Shown here piece after piece: positions 26,794 to 35,503 of a DNA stretch of 54,459 bases. The position numbers and the translations under genes are program-made. Source of the stretch: Anaerolineales bacterium (GTDB lineage: Bacteria > Chloroflexota > Anaerolineae > Anaerolineales > Villigracilaceae); NCBI GenBank assembly GCA_046484545.1, contig JAWOIR010000100.1:1-54459 (forward strand), read 5' to 3'. The notes under the pieces are model-generated. The model made no database searches. It was not told the origin of the DNA and saw only the letters and a program-made list of their open reading frames with translations. Every line of letters starts with the position of its first letter. The stretch's first letter is position 1.

Positions 26794-27501
26794 ATGACTG
26801 GAAACAATATTAAAGGCCTGTATCGTATCGGCGGGGTTTCCGCGCTGATACAACTGGCCGCTATTTTGGCTTCAATTGTGACCGCGGTTTTGCTTGGCCC
26901 GCGGCCTACCAGCGCTGCCGAATTCTTCACCATCCAGCAGGAAAATCCACTGGCTGCCCTGCTGCGGGGCGACTTGGTGCTGATGTTTTTCCTGCTCGGC
27001 GCGTACCTGGGCACGTTCCCGGCGCTATGGTGGAACCTGCGCCACGTCAGCCCCATCGCGGCGACTTTTGCCACGCTGTTCACCGGCATTGGGGTGATTC
27101 TTAGCTTTTCCGGCGAATCAACCTTTGCCCTGCTGCACCTGGGCGACCTGTACCACGCCGCAACTAGTGAGGCGCAACGCGCCCAATTCCTGGCGGCAGG
27201 TGAAGCAGTTTTAGCGGCGGGTTGGTGGTACAGTTCCGGTTCCTACATGACCGGGATTCTCCTGCAGGGCGGCGGGGTCATCATCTCGCTGGTCATGCTA
27301 CGCAGCCGCGATTTCAGCAAGGTGACTGCCATCAGCGGGCTGCTCGGTAACGCTCTGGACCTGGTGCAGCACCTCCTGCATCCGTTTGCGCCATCCCTCG
27401 CTGCGCCTATCCAAATGTCCATGGGCATTTTCTACTTCGCCTGGTTCCCCATGCTAGCGCGGGATTTTTTCAAACTGGCGAAAGGAAGTAGTAGTCAATG
27501 A
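26794..27501 (+). CDS. DUF4386-like membrane protein, paralog A4
   Basis: ...LYRIGGVSALI...LGDLYHAATSEAQRAQFLAAGEAVL... Confidence 0.55.
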   Translation: MTGNNIKGLYRIGGVSALIQLAAILASIVTAVLLGPRPTSAAEFFTIQQENPLAALLRGDLVLMFFLLGAYLGTFPALWWNLRHVSPIAATFATLFTGIGVILSFSGESTFALLHLGDLYHAATSEAQRAQFLAAGEAVLAAGWWYSSGSYMTGILLQGGGVIISLVMLRSRDFSKVTAISGLLGNALDLVQHLLHPFAPSLAAPIQMSMGIFYFAWFPMLARDFFKLAKGSSSQ

Positions 27502-27971
27502 ATACACTCGTAATCTATGGCTCAGTTTTTGGCAACACCGAAAAAATCGCCCAATCCATCGCGGCGGCGCTTGGAACACAGGCCATCCCCGTCAGTCAGG
27601 CAGATGGCGGTCAACTGCGCGGTCTCGACCTGCTGGTAGTTGGCTCGCCCACGCGCGGATTCCGCCCGACGGAGAGTATCAGCAAGATGCTCAACAGGCT
27701 GCCGAAAAATCACCTGGCTGGCGTGCGCGTGGCCGCCTTCGACACGCGCATCGTGCTGGAAACGATTGACTCCAAAGCCCTGCGTTTTATAGTGGACAAG
27801 GGCGGTTACGCCGCCGGCACGATTGCCAAAGCGCTTGAAAAGAAGGGCGGTCAACTGGCCGCGCCGGGCGAGGGCTTCTACGTTACCGGCGAGCAGGGGC
27901 CGCTTAAAGATGGCGAACTCGACCGCGCCGCGGACTGGGCGGGCAGGTTGACGAAAAAGGAAGGCGAATAA
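27498..27971 (+). CDS. Flavodoxin
   Basis: MNTLVIYGSVFGNTEKIAQSIAAAL...LLVVGSPT is the classic short-chain flavodoxin N-terminus. 4-nt overlap with the upstream gene. Confidence 0.7.
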   Translation: MNTLVIYGSVFGNTEKIAQSIAAALGTQAIPVSQADGGQLRGLDLLVVGSPTRGFRPTESISKMLNRLPKNHLAGVRVAAFDTRIVLETIDSKALRFIVDKGGYAAGTIAKALEKKGGQLAAPGEGFYVTGEQGPLKDGELDRAADWAGRLTKKEGE

Positions 27972-28711
27972 TGATTGAAAAGACAGATATTCAAAAGTCT
28001 GATGCAAACTGGAAAAGCATCTACCGGCTTGGCGCGGCTGCCGCGCTGCTCTCGGTCTTGTTCGCCGTGCTGGAAATCCTAATTACGTTTCTCCCCGGCG
28101 GCGAGCGCGTTTCTCCTGAACTGCTCACCGTTCTGCTCTGGTTCGAGCGCTTGCAGGCCAACCCGCTGCTCGAATTGCGAAACCTGGGCCTGATCAACAT
28201 TTTCCTGACCACTTTCGGGCTGCTGCTCTCTTTTGCACTGTTTGCCGCGCATCGCAAGGTCAATCCCGGCTGGGCAGGGTTGTCGCTGGTCATTTCTGCC
28301 ATTGGCGGGGCGGTTTTCTTCGCCACCAACCGCTGTTTTTCCATGCTGGCTCTCAGCAATCGCTACGCTGACGCCACCGATGAGGCCCAACGCGCCGCCC
28401 TGGTCGCTGCGGGCGAAGCCATGCTGGCCGTCGGAGAGAGCCATACGCCTGGCACTTTCCTGGCTTTTTCCCTGAGCCTGATTGCCAGTTTGCTGATGGC
28501 CTGGGTAATGCTGCGCGGAGAGGTATTCAGCCGGGCTGCCGCTTATGTGGGGATGGTGGCGTTTGGCTTCCTGCTGGTCTTTGAAATCCTATCTGATTTC
28601 GTCCCGGCCCTGTTCGAGGCCGCCATGATTTTCGCCATGATTGGCGGGATTGCCAGCCTGGTCTGGTACAGCATGGTCGCCCGGCGATTGTTCCAACTGG
28701 CGAAGGAATAG
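27971..28711 (+). CDS. DUF4386-like membrane protein, paralog A5
   Basis: ...WKSIYRLGAAAALL...LSNRYADATDEAQRAALVAAGEAML... Confidence 0.55.
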   Translation: MIEKTDIQKSDANWKSIYRLGAAAALLSVLFAVLEILITFLPGGERVSPELLTVLLWFERLQANPLLELRNLGLINIFLTTFGLLLSFALFAAHRKVNPGWAGLSLVISAIGGAVFFATNRCFSMLALSNRYADATDEAQRAALVAAGEAMLAVGESHTPGTFLAFSLSLIASLLMAWVMLRGEVFSRAAAYVGMVAFGFLLVFEILSDFVPALFEAAMIFAMIGGIASLVWYSMVARRLFQLAKE

Positions 28712-28721
28712 GTCCCAACCC

Positions 28722-29531
28722 ATGAACCCGCCGCATACTTTCCAATCCCGCCGTCTTTCTCCGGCTTTTATCCTTTCCCTGGTTATTGCCGGGTTGACGA
28801 CTGGGCTCTCGTTGGCCGGGCTGCTCTTTCCGATGTCAATGTACCCGACCAATGACATACGTCAATCTTTTATCGCCAATGATGCGGTCAACCTGGTGAT
28901 TGGCCTGCCCGTGTTATTGGGCACCCTGTGGCTCGCCCGCCGCGGGCAATTACCCGGGTTGCTGGGGCTGCCCGGCGCGCTGTTCTATGTGACCTATAAC
29001 GCCATTGCTTATGCGGCCGCCATGCCGCTCACCTGGCCTTTTTTCATCCACCTGGGGTTGGCGATTCTCAGCGCGGTTGCAATCTTCTTACTGATCTCCA
29101 GCCTGGACGGGGCGATGGTGCAGGCGCGGCTGCAAGGCCGTGTGGAGGAACGGTTTGGCGCGGGCGTCTTGATGGGATTCGGCGCCCTGTTCTTCCTGCG
29201 TGCGGTGGGCGAGTTCTTCGATGGCGCGGCCGGCATGGCTGAATTTGGCGTCCTGGTCGCTGACGGGTTGACCACACCCTTCTGGATTCTCGGCGGCCTG
29301 TACCTGTGGCGCAAACAACCGCTTGGTTATGTTAGCGCGGCGGGACTGCTCTTCCAGGCCAGCATGTTATTCGTCGGCCTGCTCACTTTTTTCATCTTGC
29401 AGCCATTCGTGGCGGGCGTCCCCTTTTCGTTGGTGGATTTCGTTGTCATCCTGGCGATGGGATTGGTTGTTTTCGCTCCGTTTGGGCTGTTTTTGCGAGG
29501 ATTGATTTCGTCGGTTGACCACATAGACTGA
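28722..29531 (+). CDS. Membrane protein family C ('LWLARRG' family), paralog C1
   Basis: Internal ATG of ORF 28641-29531. It shares ...LGTLWLARRGQL..., ...LYLWRKQPLGY... and TM topology with 32855-33715 and 33712-34536. Confidence 0.55.
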   Translation: MNPPHTFQSRRLSPAFILSLVIAGLTTGLSLAGLLFPMSMYPTNDIRQSFIANDAVNLVIGLPVLLGTLWLARRGQLPGLLGLPGALFYVTYNAIAYAAAMPLTWPFFIHLGLAILSAVAIFLLISSLDGAMVQARLQGRVEERFGAGVLMGFGALFFLRAVGEFFDGAAGMAEFGVLVADGLTTPFWILGGLYLWRKQPLGYVSAAGLLFQASMLFVGLLTFFILQPFVAGVPFSLVDFVVILAMGLVVFAPFGLFLRGLISSVDHID

Positions 29532-29603
29532 CTTACCGGGAGAATGCGTTCGCACGAAACCCTTTGCTTGTATCAATAATCATTCTGAATTAAATATTTA
29601 CTA

Positions 29604-29632
29604 TTGACTAAAAAGTCAGTCGTTGGTAGAAT
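29604..29632 (+). promoter_or_regulatory. Sigma70-type promoter TTGACT-17-TAGAAT for the TetR gene
   Basis: TTGACT 29604-29609, 17-nt spacer, TAGAAT 29627-29632. It lies about 45 nt upstream of ATG 29679 and overlaps operator-like palindromes. Confidence 0.6.
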
Positions 29633-29661
29633 CCACCTATCAATGACTGACTTTTTAGTCA
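29605..29661. promoter_or_regulatory. Two TetR-type operator palindromes TGACT-N4-AGTCA
   Basis: TGACTAAAAAGTCA 29605-29618 and TGACTTTTTAGTCA 29648-29661. Together they form a 17-nt inverted repeat (TGACTAAAAAGTCAGTC / GACTGACTTTTTAGTCA). Confidence 0.6.
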
Positions 29662-29678
29662 TTAGAAAGGAAAATCAG

Positions 29679-30305
29679 ATGCCACGCACCAAAATCCAGA
29701 CCGAACAAATCCGCGCCGAGAGCCGGGCCAAGATCATTGCCACTGCACGCCGCCTGTTTGCCGAGCGGGGCTTCGATGGCTGTAATGTCTCGCAGATTGC
29801 CAAACAGGCCGGGATGAGTCAGGGCAACCTCTACTGGCACTTCCCCTCCAAAAAAGCCATTTTCCAGGCCGTGCTGGTGGAGGGCTTCCAGGCAATTGGC
29901 GCGACGATGGCCGAGGCCGCCACCAGCGCAGGCAGCGGGTTGGAAAAGTTCGACCGCTTCCTGGGGGCTTTCCTGGCGCTAACCAGGGAGCCGGGTGGGG
30001 ATGAATTCGTGATGATCATGCTCACCTTTCTCGGCCAGGGCGGGACGGGGAAATTCGCCGAGTTCGGCATCTCCACCGAGCAGATTGGTTCGGGTTATCA
30101 CCAGGCCTTGAACGCTATCTTCGCCCAGGGGCAGGCGGATGGCAGTTTCCTCTTGGGGATTGACCCCAACCTGCTGACCACCTTTTTCTTTTCCTTCATC
30201 AATGGGCTGATGTTGATGTATCCACGCGAATGGCGGGACATTCCCGATGATGTCATTCGCGAAGCGCTGTTACGCCTTTTGGGCGGAAAGCAAGGTGAAC
30301 AATGA
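29679..30305 (+). CDS. TetR/AcrR family transcriptional regulator
   Basis: HTH ...RRLFAERGFDGCNVSQIAKQAGMSQGNLYWHFPSKKAIF... Confidence 0.8.
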   Translation: MPRTKIQTEQIRAESRAKIIATARRLFAERGFDGCNVSQIAKQAGMSQGNLYWHFPSKKAIFQAVLVEGFQAIGATMAEAATSAGSGLEKFDRFLGAFLALTREPGGDEFVMIMLTFLGQGGTGKFAEFGISTEQIGSGYHQALNAIFAQGQADGSFLLGIDPNLLTTFFFSFINGLMLMYPREWRDIPDDVIREALLRLLGGKQGEQ

Positions 30306-31078
30306 AAAAAGTGATTGCGCTGGTTGCCAGCGCCCGTAAAAAAGGCACCGATTACGTCATCCGCCAATTCCTGAGCAAGCTGGTAACCTTCGGGAATGTC
30401 GAAACCGAAATCATCACATTGAGTGAGTATCGGGTGGAGACCTGCCGGGGCTGCCAGGTCTGTTTTTTAAGGGGCGAAGAATTTTGCCCCCTGGAAGACG
30501 ACCGGGATGTCTTGCTCCAGAAGTTGAATGCCGCCGACGGGGTGATTTTTGCCACGCCCAATTACGCTTTCCAGGTGGCGGCGCCGTTGAAAATTTTGCT
30601 GGAGCGGCTGGGATATGCCCTGCATCGCCCGCAGTTCTTCGGCAAAACCTTTACCAGCATTGTGATGCAAGGCATTTATGGCGGTCAGGAAATCGTCAAA
30701 TACCTGGATTTTGTTGGCGGCGGTCTGGGCTTTAATACAGTGAAGGGTGTTTGTATTACCGCCCTGCAGCCGATGACCGACGCCGAAAAACAAAAGATAG
30801 ATATCGTGCTGACGCGCAAGGCCAAGCAGTTCTACACCCGATTGACCCGCCCAGCCTTCCCAATCCCGTCCCCGTTTCGGTTGATGGCTTTTCGCATGGG
30901 GCGTACCAGCATCAGCCTGGAACTGACCGACCGCGACCGCGACTATCGCTATTACAGCGAAAAAGGCTGGTTCGAGTCGGATTATTACTACCCGGTGCGG
31001 CTGGGGCTTTGGTTCAAACTGGTTGGCAGGCTGTTCGACAGCATGGCGCGATTATCCAGCCAAAACAGGCACAACTGA
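30302..31078 (+). CDS. Flavodoxin-like-fold NAD(P)H-dependent FMN reductase / iron-sulfur flavoprotein-like
   Basis: MKKVIALVASARKKGT...CRGCQVCF...ADGVIFATPNY... 4-nt overlap with the TetR stop. Confidence 0.6.
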   Translation: MKKVIALVASARKKGTDYVIRQFLSKLVTFGNVETEIITLSEYRVETCRGCQVCFLRGEEFCPLEDDRDVLLQKLNAADGVIFATPNYAFQVAAPLKILLERLGYALHRPQFFGKTFTSIVMQGIYGGQEIVKYLDFVGGGLGFNTVKGVCITALQPMTDAEKQKIDIVLTRKAKQFYTRLTRPAFPIPSPFRLMAFRMGRTSISLELTDRDRDYRYYSEKGWFESDYYYPVRLGLWFKLVGRLFDSMARLSSQNRHN

Positions 31079-31096
31079 AGTTGGGTTGATTTGTGA

Positions 31097-31321
31097 AAAG
31101 TAAGTGACACGAACACAATTCTCATCAGTATCAATGGCATGGGCGATTTAGCCGCTGGAATTTATGGACGAGCAAATGGCATTAAGACCACCATTTTTGA
31201 AGCCCATTCACTCCCTGGCAGACAATGCACCAGTTGGACGCGCACAGGCTATGTATTTGACGCCTGCATCCATAGTTTGAATGGCTTCAAGCCCCATCCT
31301 GATTCGCCGGTTGGAGCTTGA
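31097..31321 (+). pseudogene. N-terminal fragment of a CrtI-like FAD oxidoreductase (degenerate GxGxxG)
   Basis: In-frame translation TILISINGMGDLAAGIYGRANGIKTTIFEAHSLPGRQCTSWTRTGYVFDACIHSLNG resembles the first 60 aa of enzymes like 11817-13271, but the dinucleotide motif is decayed and the frame stops at 31321. Confidence 0.5.
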
Positions 31322-31429
31322 ATCGACCTGGATGCTCATTACAATTCTGCTGGCCTATGCGTTTAGTTTTTACTTGTTGATGGTCTGGCGGTTCAGGAAA
31401 GCAGAAATGTAGGCCGCTGGCATGCGAAC

Positions 31430-32239
31430 TCATCCTCCGCTTTCATGCAAGCCGATGAATTCCGCCAAGACTCGGTTGAACTCCGCCGGGATGTCCATGT
31501 TGGCGCAGTGACCGGCGGCGGGGATAATCGCCAAGCGCGCATTCGGCTCACGATTCTGCCAATCTTGGGCATTGCTCAGCAGGATTGGCAGGTCGTGTTC
31601 GCCGATTACAATCAGCAGGGGTTGGGAGAGCGTCCGGGGGAATTTGTCCAGGATTTTGCCCATACCAGACATGACCGGCAGCGAGCGGCGCGTGAATTTT
31701 TGCATGGCGCGGTAGAAAACCTCCCGCTCGGCCTCGACCACGTTGGTATTCTCGACCACGTAACGCCGGAAACCGTCCATATTGAATATCATCAGGAAAA
31801 AGGCTTTGACGATTTCGCGGTTTTGGGCTTTGGTGATGGCCGAGTTATTCCCAAAAATGCTGTAGCCGCCGGTGACGGTGATGCTTTTGACCCGCTGCGG
31901 GAAGCGGTACGCTACCGCCTGTGCGATCAGTGAACCCAACGAGACCCCAACCAGGTGGGCCTGAGCGTGGCCTTCGGCTGCAAGGATTTCTGCAATCAGG
32001 TCAACGGTTTTTTCGATGGTGACGCTGCCGCCCTTGACCTGTGATTTGCCGTGTCCCAGCATATCCACGCAGATAACGTGGTAGTCCCTGGCGAAAACAT
32101 CCACCTGGTGATGGAAGCAGGTGTGGTCGCTATAGGCCGGGTGAATGAAGACAATCGCGTCGTTGGATGGGTCGCCCTGGGTGTAATAGTACAGGCTGTA
32201 GGTTTGTTTTTGCAATAGTCGTTCTTGCAGGTGGGTCAT
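31430..32239 (-). CDS. Alpha/beta hydrolase
   Basis: ...VFIHPAYSDH..., nucleophile elbow GVSLGS and a C-terminal His region (AGHCANM). 4-nt overlap with padR. Confidence 0.7.
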   Translation of the reverse strand: MTHLQERLLQKQTYSLYYYTQGDPSNDAIVFIHPAYSDHTCFHHQVDVFARDYHVICVDMLGHGKSQVKGGSVTIEKTVDLIAEILAAEGHAQAHLVGVSLGSLIAQAVAYRFPQRVKSITVTGGYSIFGNNSAITKAQNREIVKAFFLMIFNMDGFRRYVVENTNVVEAEREVFYRAMQKFTRRSLPVMSGMGKILDKFPRTLSQPLLIVIGEHDLPILLSNAQDWQNREPNARLAIIPAAGHCANMDIPAEFNRVLAEFIGLHESGG

Positions 32240-32775
32240 GATATGTCCTTTTTGAGGGTTTCGAGCAGGTTTTGGTACCAGGCGATGTTGAAGGTGTAGA
32301 AAGCGCGGCCATAATCCAGTGTGAACATCTGGAAGCGGCGCACATCCTCCAGTCTGGATGGCATGTCAATATTCACAGATTGTTGGTAGATGATATCCAA
32401 CGCGCCCAAAGTTTGGCGCAGTTTTTCCAGATGCGCTTCCAGTACGCGGATGCGTTCGGCAGCAGAAGTAAAGCCCATAAAGTACAGGCGGGTCAATCCC
32501 GGGTCTTTGACTTTCTCGGCTTCAATGTCAGAGTTGAGCCAGTCGTGGAAGGCTTCCCGTCCCGAAGGTGTCAGGTGAAAGATCTTTTTGTTGCGCCCGT
32601 TTTCGACCTTTTCCAGCCCGGAAATCAATCCTTTTTCGAGCAGCCTGCCAATCGCAGCGTTGATGCTGCCGAAACTGGCGCTATAGAACAACGAGACGCC
32701 TCGCTCGAGCGCCTTGTTGATTTCGTACACCGTCATCGCTCGCAGGGCGAGCAGTCCCAGAATCACAAATTCCAT
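32236..32775 (-). CDS. PadR family transcriptional regulator (with C-terminal Vir_act_alpha_C-like domain)
   Basis: MEFVILGLLALRAMTVYEINKALERG...GRNKKIFHLTPSGREAF... Confidence 0.75.
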   Translation of the reverse strand: MEFVILGLLALRAMTVYEINKALERGVSLFYSASFGSINAAIGRLLEKGLISGLEKVENGRNKKIFHLTPSGREAFHDWLNSDIEAEKVKDPGLTRLYFMGFTSAAERIRVLEAHLEKLRQTLGALDIIYQQSVNIDMPSRLEDVRRFQMFTLDYGRAFYTFNIAWYQNLLETLKKDIS

Positions 32776-32786
32776 TAGATTATCCT

Positions 32787-32818
32787 TTAGTTATATATCT
32801 AATAGTAATATAAAACTA
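32787..32818. promoter_or_regulatory. Two adjacent N8-spaced 4-bp palindromes (TTAG-N8-CTAA, TAGT-N8-ACTA) upstream of padR
   Basis: Read directly at 32787-32802 and 32803-32818. The geometry recalls PadR ATGT-N8-ACAT operators, but the region is very AT-rich and the half-sites are short. Confidence 0.25.
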
Positions 32819-32854
32819 AAAGACCGTCAAGTGGAATTTTCGTTGTTGGTAGGT

Positions 32855-33715
32855 CTATTCGGCGATATTTCGAAATAGCAGCGTGGTGAAGGCAATTGCT
32901 GACAGGGCAATCCCTGTAAAGATCACCGATTCAACCGCGCCAACATCTACCCCTGCCAAAGCCATGCCGATGATCATCGCAATCAGGGCTACGCCCATCA
33001 TCATGGCTTTGACCAGCAATACCGAGGTCAGCGTATAGCCCCAGGGTTGCTTTTTCCATAGCAAAACTGCCGTGACGATGCTGGCCGGGACGATGATGCC
33101 CAGGTCGAGGGCCTGAATGACCAGGGTGGTGTAGGCCTCCAGCCCGGGCGGGGGCGTTCCAGCCAACAGCGGTGGGACGATTCGCCCGAGCCAGGCCAGG
33201 CTCAGGAAAGCGGCAATGAACAACAGGAAGACGGCAATCCCCCGGCGCGGCATCCCGCCCGAAACGCTGCGAGTCACCCGTTCGGTGTCCATGCCCGAAA
33301 GGGCCAGGATGAAGGCGAACAGGCTGAGTGAGAACAGCCCCACATAAACCAGGAAAAACTCGTTGTAGGCCGAAAGGAAGGAATACGAAGCGTAGGTGTA
33401 GAGCATGTACCCCAGGCCGCCGGCTAGCAGCAGTTCGCCGCGCAGCGAACCTTTGCGCGCCAGGAGCAGTCCCGCGAACAAGAGCGGGAGGCCGACCAGC
33501 AAAGTGGCGGCATCCTGCCCGATGGCCTGGGCCGCGTAGGAGACGGTATCGTGGCGGTACAGACCGCGCCCGAACAGTTCGAACGTTTCTCCGCGCAGGG
33601 TGATGATTTCGGAGGGGCTGCCCGGCCTTTGCCAGAAGAGGCCCGTTCCGGCGGCCAGCAATGCCAAAACCAGGATGGGGTAAGTTAGTTTGATGACAAT
33701 CGCGCTTGTTTTCAT
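32855..33715 (-). CDS. Membrane protein family C, paralog C2
   Basis: ...LLLARKGSLRG..., ...LLWKKQPWGY...; 286 aa, multi-TM. Confidence 0.55.
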   Translation of the reverse strand: MKTSAIVIKLTYPILVLALLAAGTGLFWQRPGSPSEIITLRGETFELFGRGLYRHDTVSYAAQAIGQDAATLLVGLPLLFAGLLLARKGSLRGELLLAGGLGYMLYTYASYSFLSAYNEFFLVYVGLFSLSLFAFILALSGMDTERVTRSVSGGMPRRGIAVFLLFIAAFLSLAWLGRIVPPLLAGTPPPGLEAYTTLVIQALDLGIIVPASIVTAVLLWKKQPWGYTLTSVLLVKAMMMGVALIAMIIGMALAGVDVGAVESVIFTGIALSAIAFTTLLFRNIAE

Positions 33716-34536
33716 TTTGCAATCTCCGTTTTGCCGCTCCGTTTTGCGAAAGCCGTGAAGTAATTCCAGGTGAAGAAACAGACGCCCAGGTAGATGAACG
33801 TAAAGGCAACGGTCGGGATTGGTTCCTGAAGCCGTCCGGCGAACCAGTCCATGTAATCAGCGACGAGGAAACTGGTCATCAGCGTAATGGCTTTGATGAG
33901 GAAAATCCCGGTCAGGGCCGCGCCCCAAGCCTGTCGCCGCCAGAGCCAGACCCCGGTCAGGATGGAGAGCGGGGCGACCAGGGCCAGATCCAGCACCATG
34001 AAAGGAGTCCCGCCGGAGAGCGTATCGCCGGGGATGCGTCCCAAAATAATGGGCAGTTCGATGGCGTACAGCACCAGCCCGGTGAATACCAGGAAGCCGG
34101 AAGTGACGCGGCGCAGGGGCATCGCGCGGGTGGCTTCAGCCAGTTGGCCGACATCCAGCCGGGCCAGCAGCAAGAGGATAACCATGCAACTCAAGCCAAA
34201 AATCGCCACATAAGCCAGAAAGAAGACGGTGTACAGGCGGTCAAAAGCGTAGTTGGCATAGGCGTAACCGAGATAAACGACCAGGGCAATCCAGGCCATG
34301 CGGGCGACCAGGCTGCCGCGCCGCGCCAGCCAGATGCACAGTCCCAACAGGGGGATGCTAAGCAGCGAAACGACATCCGCGGTGATGGTTCCGGTGGCAT
34401 ACGTTGGGTCGACGATGCCGTCGTAGAAACCAGGGATGAACACCCCGGCCCCCGCGGCGGCCATCGTCAGCAGGCCAATCAAGATGGTGAAAACTTCTTC
34501 CAGGCGGGTGGGCTGGGAAGCGGCATCATTTTTCAT
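33712..34536 (-). CDS. Membrane protein family C, paralog C3
   Basis: ...CIWLARRGSL..., ...VWLWRRQAWG... 4-nt overlap with C2. Confidence 0.55.
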   Translation of the reverse strand: MKNDAASQPTRLEEVFTILIGLLTMAAAGAGVFIPGFYDGIVDPTYATGTITADVVSLLSIPLLGLCIWLARRGSLVARMAWIALVVYLGYAYANYAFDRLYTVFFLAYVAIFGLSCMVILLLLARLDVGQLAEATRAMPLRRVTSGFLVFTGLVLYAIELPIILGRIPGDTLSGGTPFMVLDLALVAPLSILTGVWLWRRQAWGAALTGIFLIKAITLMTSFLVADYMDWFAGRLQEPIPTVAFTFIYLGVCFFTWNYFTAFAKRSGKTEIAK

Positions 34537-34566
34537 GGGGCATCCTCCTTGTTATCAGTGTGTGTT

Positions 34567-34586
34567 TAGTGAACAATGTTTACTTA
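34567..34586. promoter_or_regulatory. Imperfect copy of the TetR operator (TAGTGAACAATGTTTACTTA) upstream of C3
   Basis: Lies between the TetR stop (34601) and the C3 start (34536). It matches the perfect palindrome at 35219-35239 except for 1 deletion and 1 substitution. Confidence 0.5.
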
Positions 34587-34600
34587 CGGACAAAAAAATA

Positions 34601-35209
34601 TTATTTCTTGACAAAGACGGCCTTGACCATCTCCAGGACCTCCAAGCTGATGGCCTCGAACTCGTCCTGGCATTTGTTCATCATCGTCAATTTGAGCATT
34701 GAAATGCCATGCACGGCGAACCACGAGAGCAGCGCCAGATGAATGGGAGTGTAGCCCTGCGGCAGTTCGAATTCGTCGGCGGCCACCGCCGCCTCGACAA
34801 AACGCAGCAATTCGACAAAGTTGGGGTGCTGCTTAAACTCATCCAAACTGGCGGGGCCAGTTTCGGTGGTGCTCATAATCAGCTGATAATATTCTGGGTA
34901 CTGGCTGGCAAAGCGGATATAACTGCGTCCTGAATGCACGAACAGGTCGGCCAGGGATGTCATCCCGGCGGGCGGCGGTTCCGGCTCGAAGGCGGCCATC
35001 ATCTGCCAGGCCTCCTGGCGCAGGGCCTCGACGATGGCTTCCTTGCTGTCGAAATACTTGTACAGCGCGGCGGGGGAGTAGTCCGCTTTTTCGGCCAGGG
35101 CGCGCATCGAAATGCCGCCCAGTCCCTCGGTCAGCAGAATGCTGCGGGCGGTGTCGAGGATTTTCTGGCGGGTCAGGTCGTGGCGTCGGTCGCGTGGGGA
35201 GGTTTTCAT
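34601..35209 (-). CDS. TetR/AcrR family transcriptional regulator
   Basis: ...RQKILDTARSILLTEGLGGISMRALAEKADYSPAALYKYFDSKEAI... The start is set at MKTSPRD (35209). Confidence 0.8.
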   Translation of the reverse strand: MKTSPRDRRHDLTRQKILDTARSILLTEGLGGISMRALAEKADYSPAALYKYFDSKEAIVEALRQEAWQMMAAFEPEPPPAGMTSLADLFVHSGRSYIRFASQYPEYYQLIMSTTETGPASLDEFKQHPNFVELLRFVEAAVAADEFELPQGYTPIHLALLSWFAVHGISMLKLTMMNKCQDEFEAISLEVLEMVKAVFVKK

Positions 35210-35218
35210 ACGAAAAAG

Positions 35219-35239
35219 TAAGTGAACAATGTTCACTTA
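35219..35239. promoter_or_regulatory. Perfect 10-1-10 palindrome TAAGTGAACA-A-TGTTCACTTA (autoregulatory TetR operator candidate)
   Basis: Read directly, 10 nt upstream of the TetR start codon. Confidence 0.6.
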
Positions 35240-35269
35240 TTTTACGATGTTTTTGCGAGTTGTCAAGAG

Positions 35270-35483
35270 ATTTATGACATCACTTTGAAGACATTTTTTC
35301 GGCGCGTTTCTTGATCCCCAGCAGGCACTTGCACATCATTGGTAGGTCGCCAAACTCGATCAGTAGGTTGAACAGGGCGGCAGGCGAGTTCGAGCAGTAC
35401 TTCATGCGGACCCGCGTCACCAGGCGGGTACGGTATTCTCCTGCAGGATAGAGACCCCAGAACCAGTTGGTGTCGTCCTCGTC
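35270..35483 (-). pseudogene. C-terminal remnant of an SRPBCC-type gene (like 6677-7498)
   Basis: The minus-strand translation ...DEDDTNWFWGLYPAGEYRTRLVTRVRMKYCSNSPAALFNLLIEFGDLPMMCKCLLGIKKRAEKMSSK* parallels ...TRLVSRIQWRYHLTDPGSVVMALFVDLADHIAVRKILQGVKGRVE of 6677-7498. There is no N-terminal part. Confidence 0.45.
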
Positions 35484-35503
35484 AAGTCACGTATAATTAT
35501 TAC

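Noticed and set aside
32931-34569. Long alternative-frame ORFs 32931-33809 (-) and 33706-34569 (+)
   Set aside because: They overlap the family C membrane genes, whose hydrophobic periodicity and paralogy to 28722-29531 support the chosen frames. The alternatives are Arg/Pro/Gly-rich.
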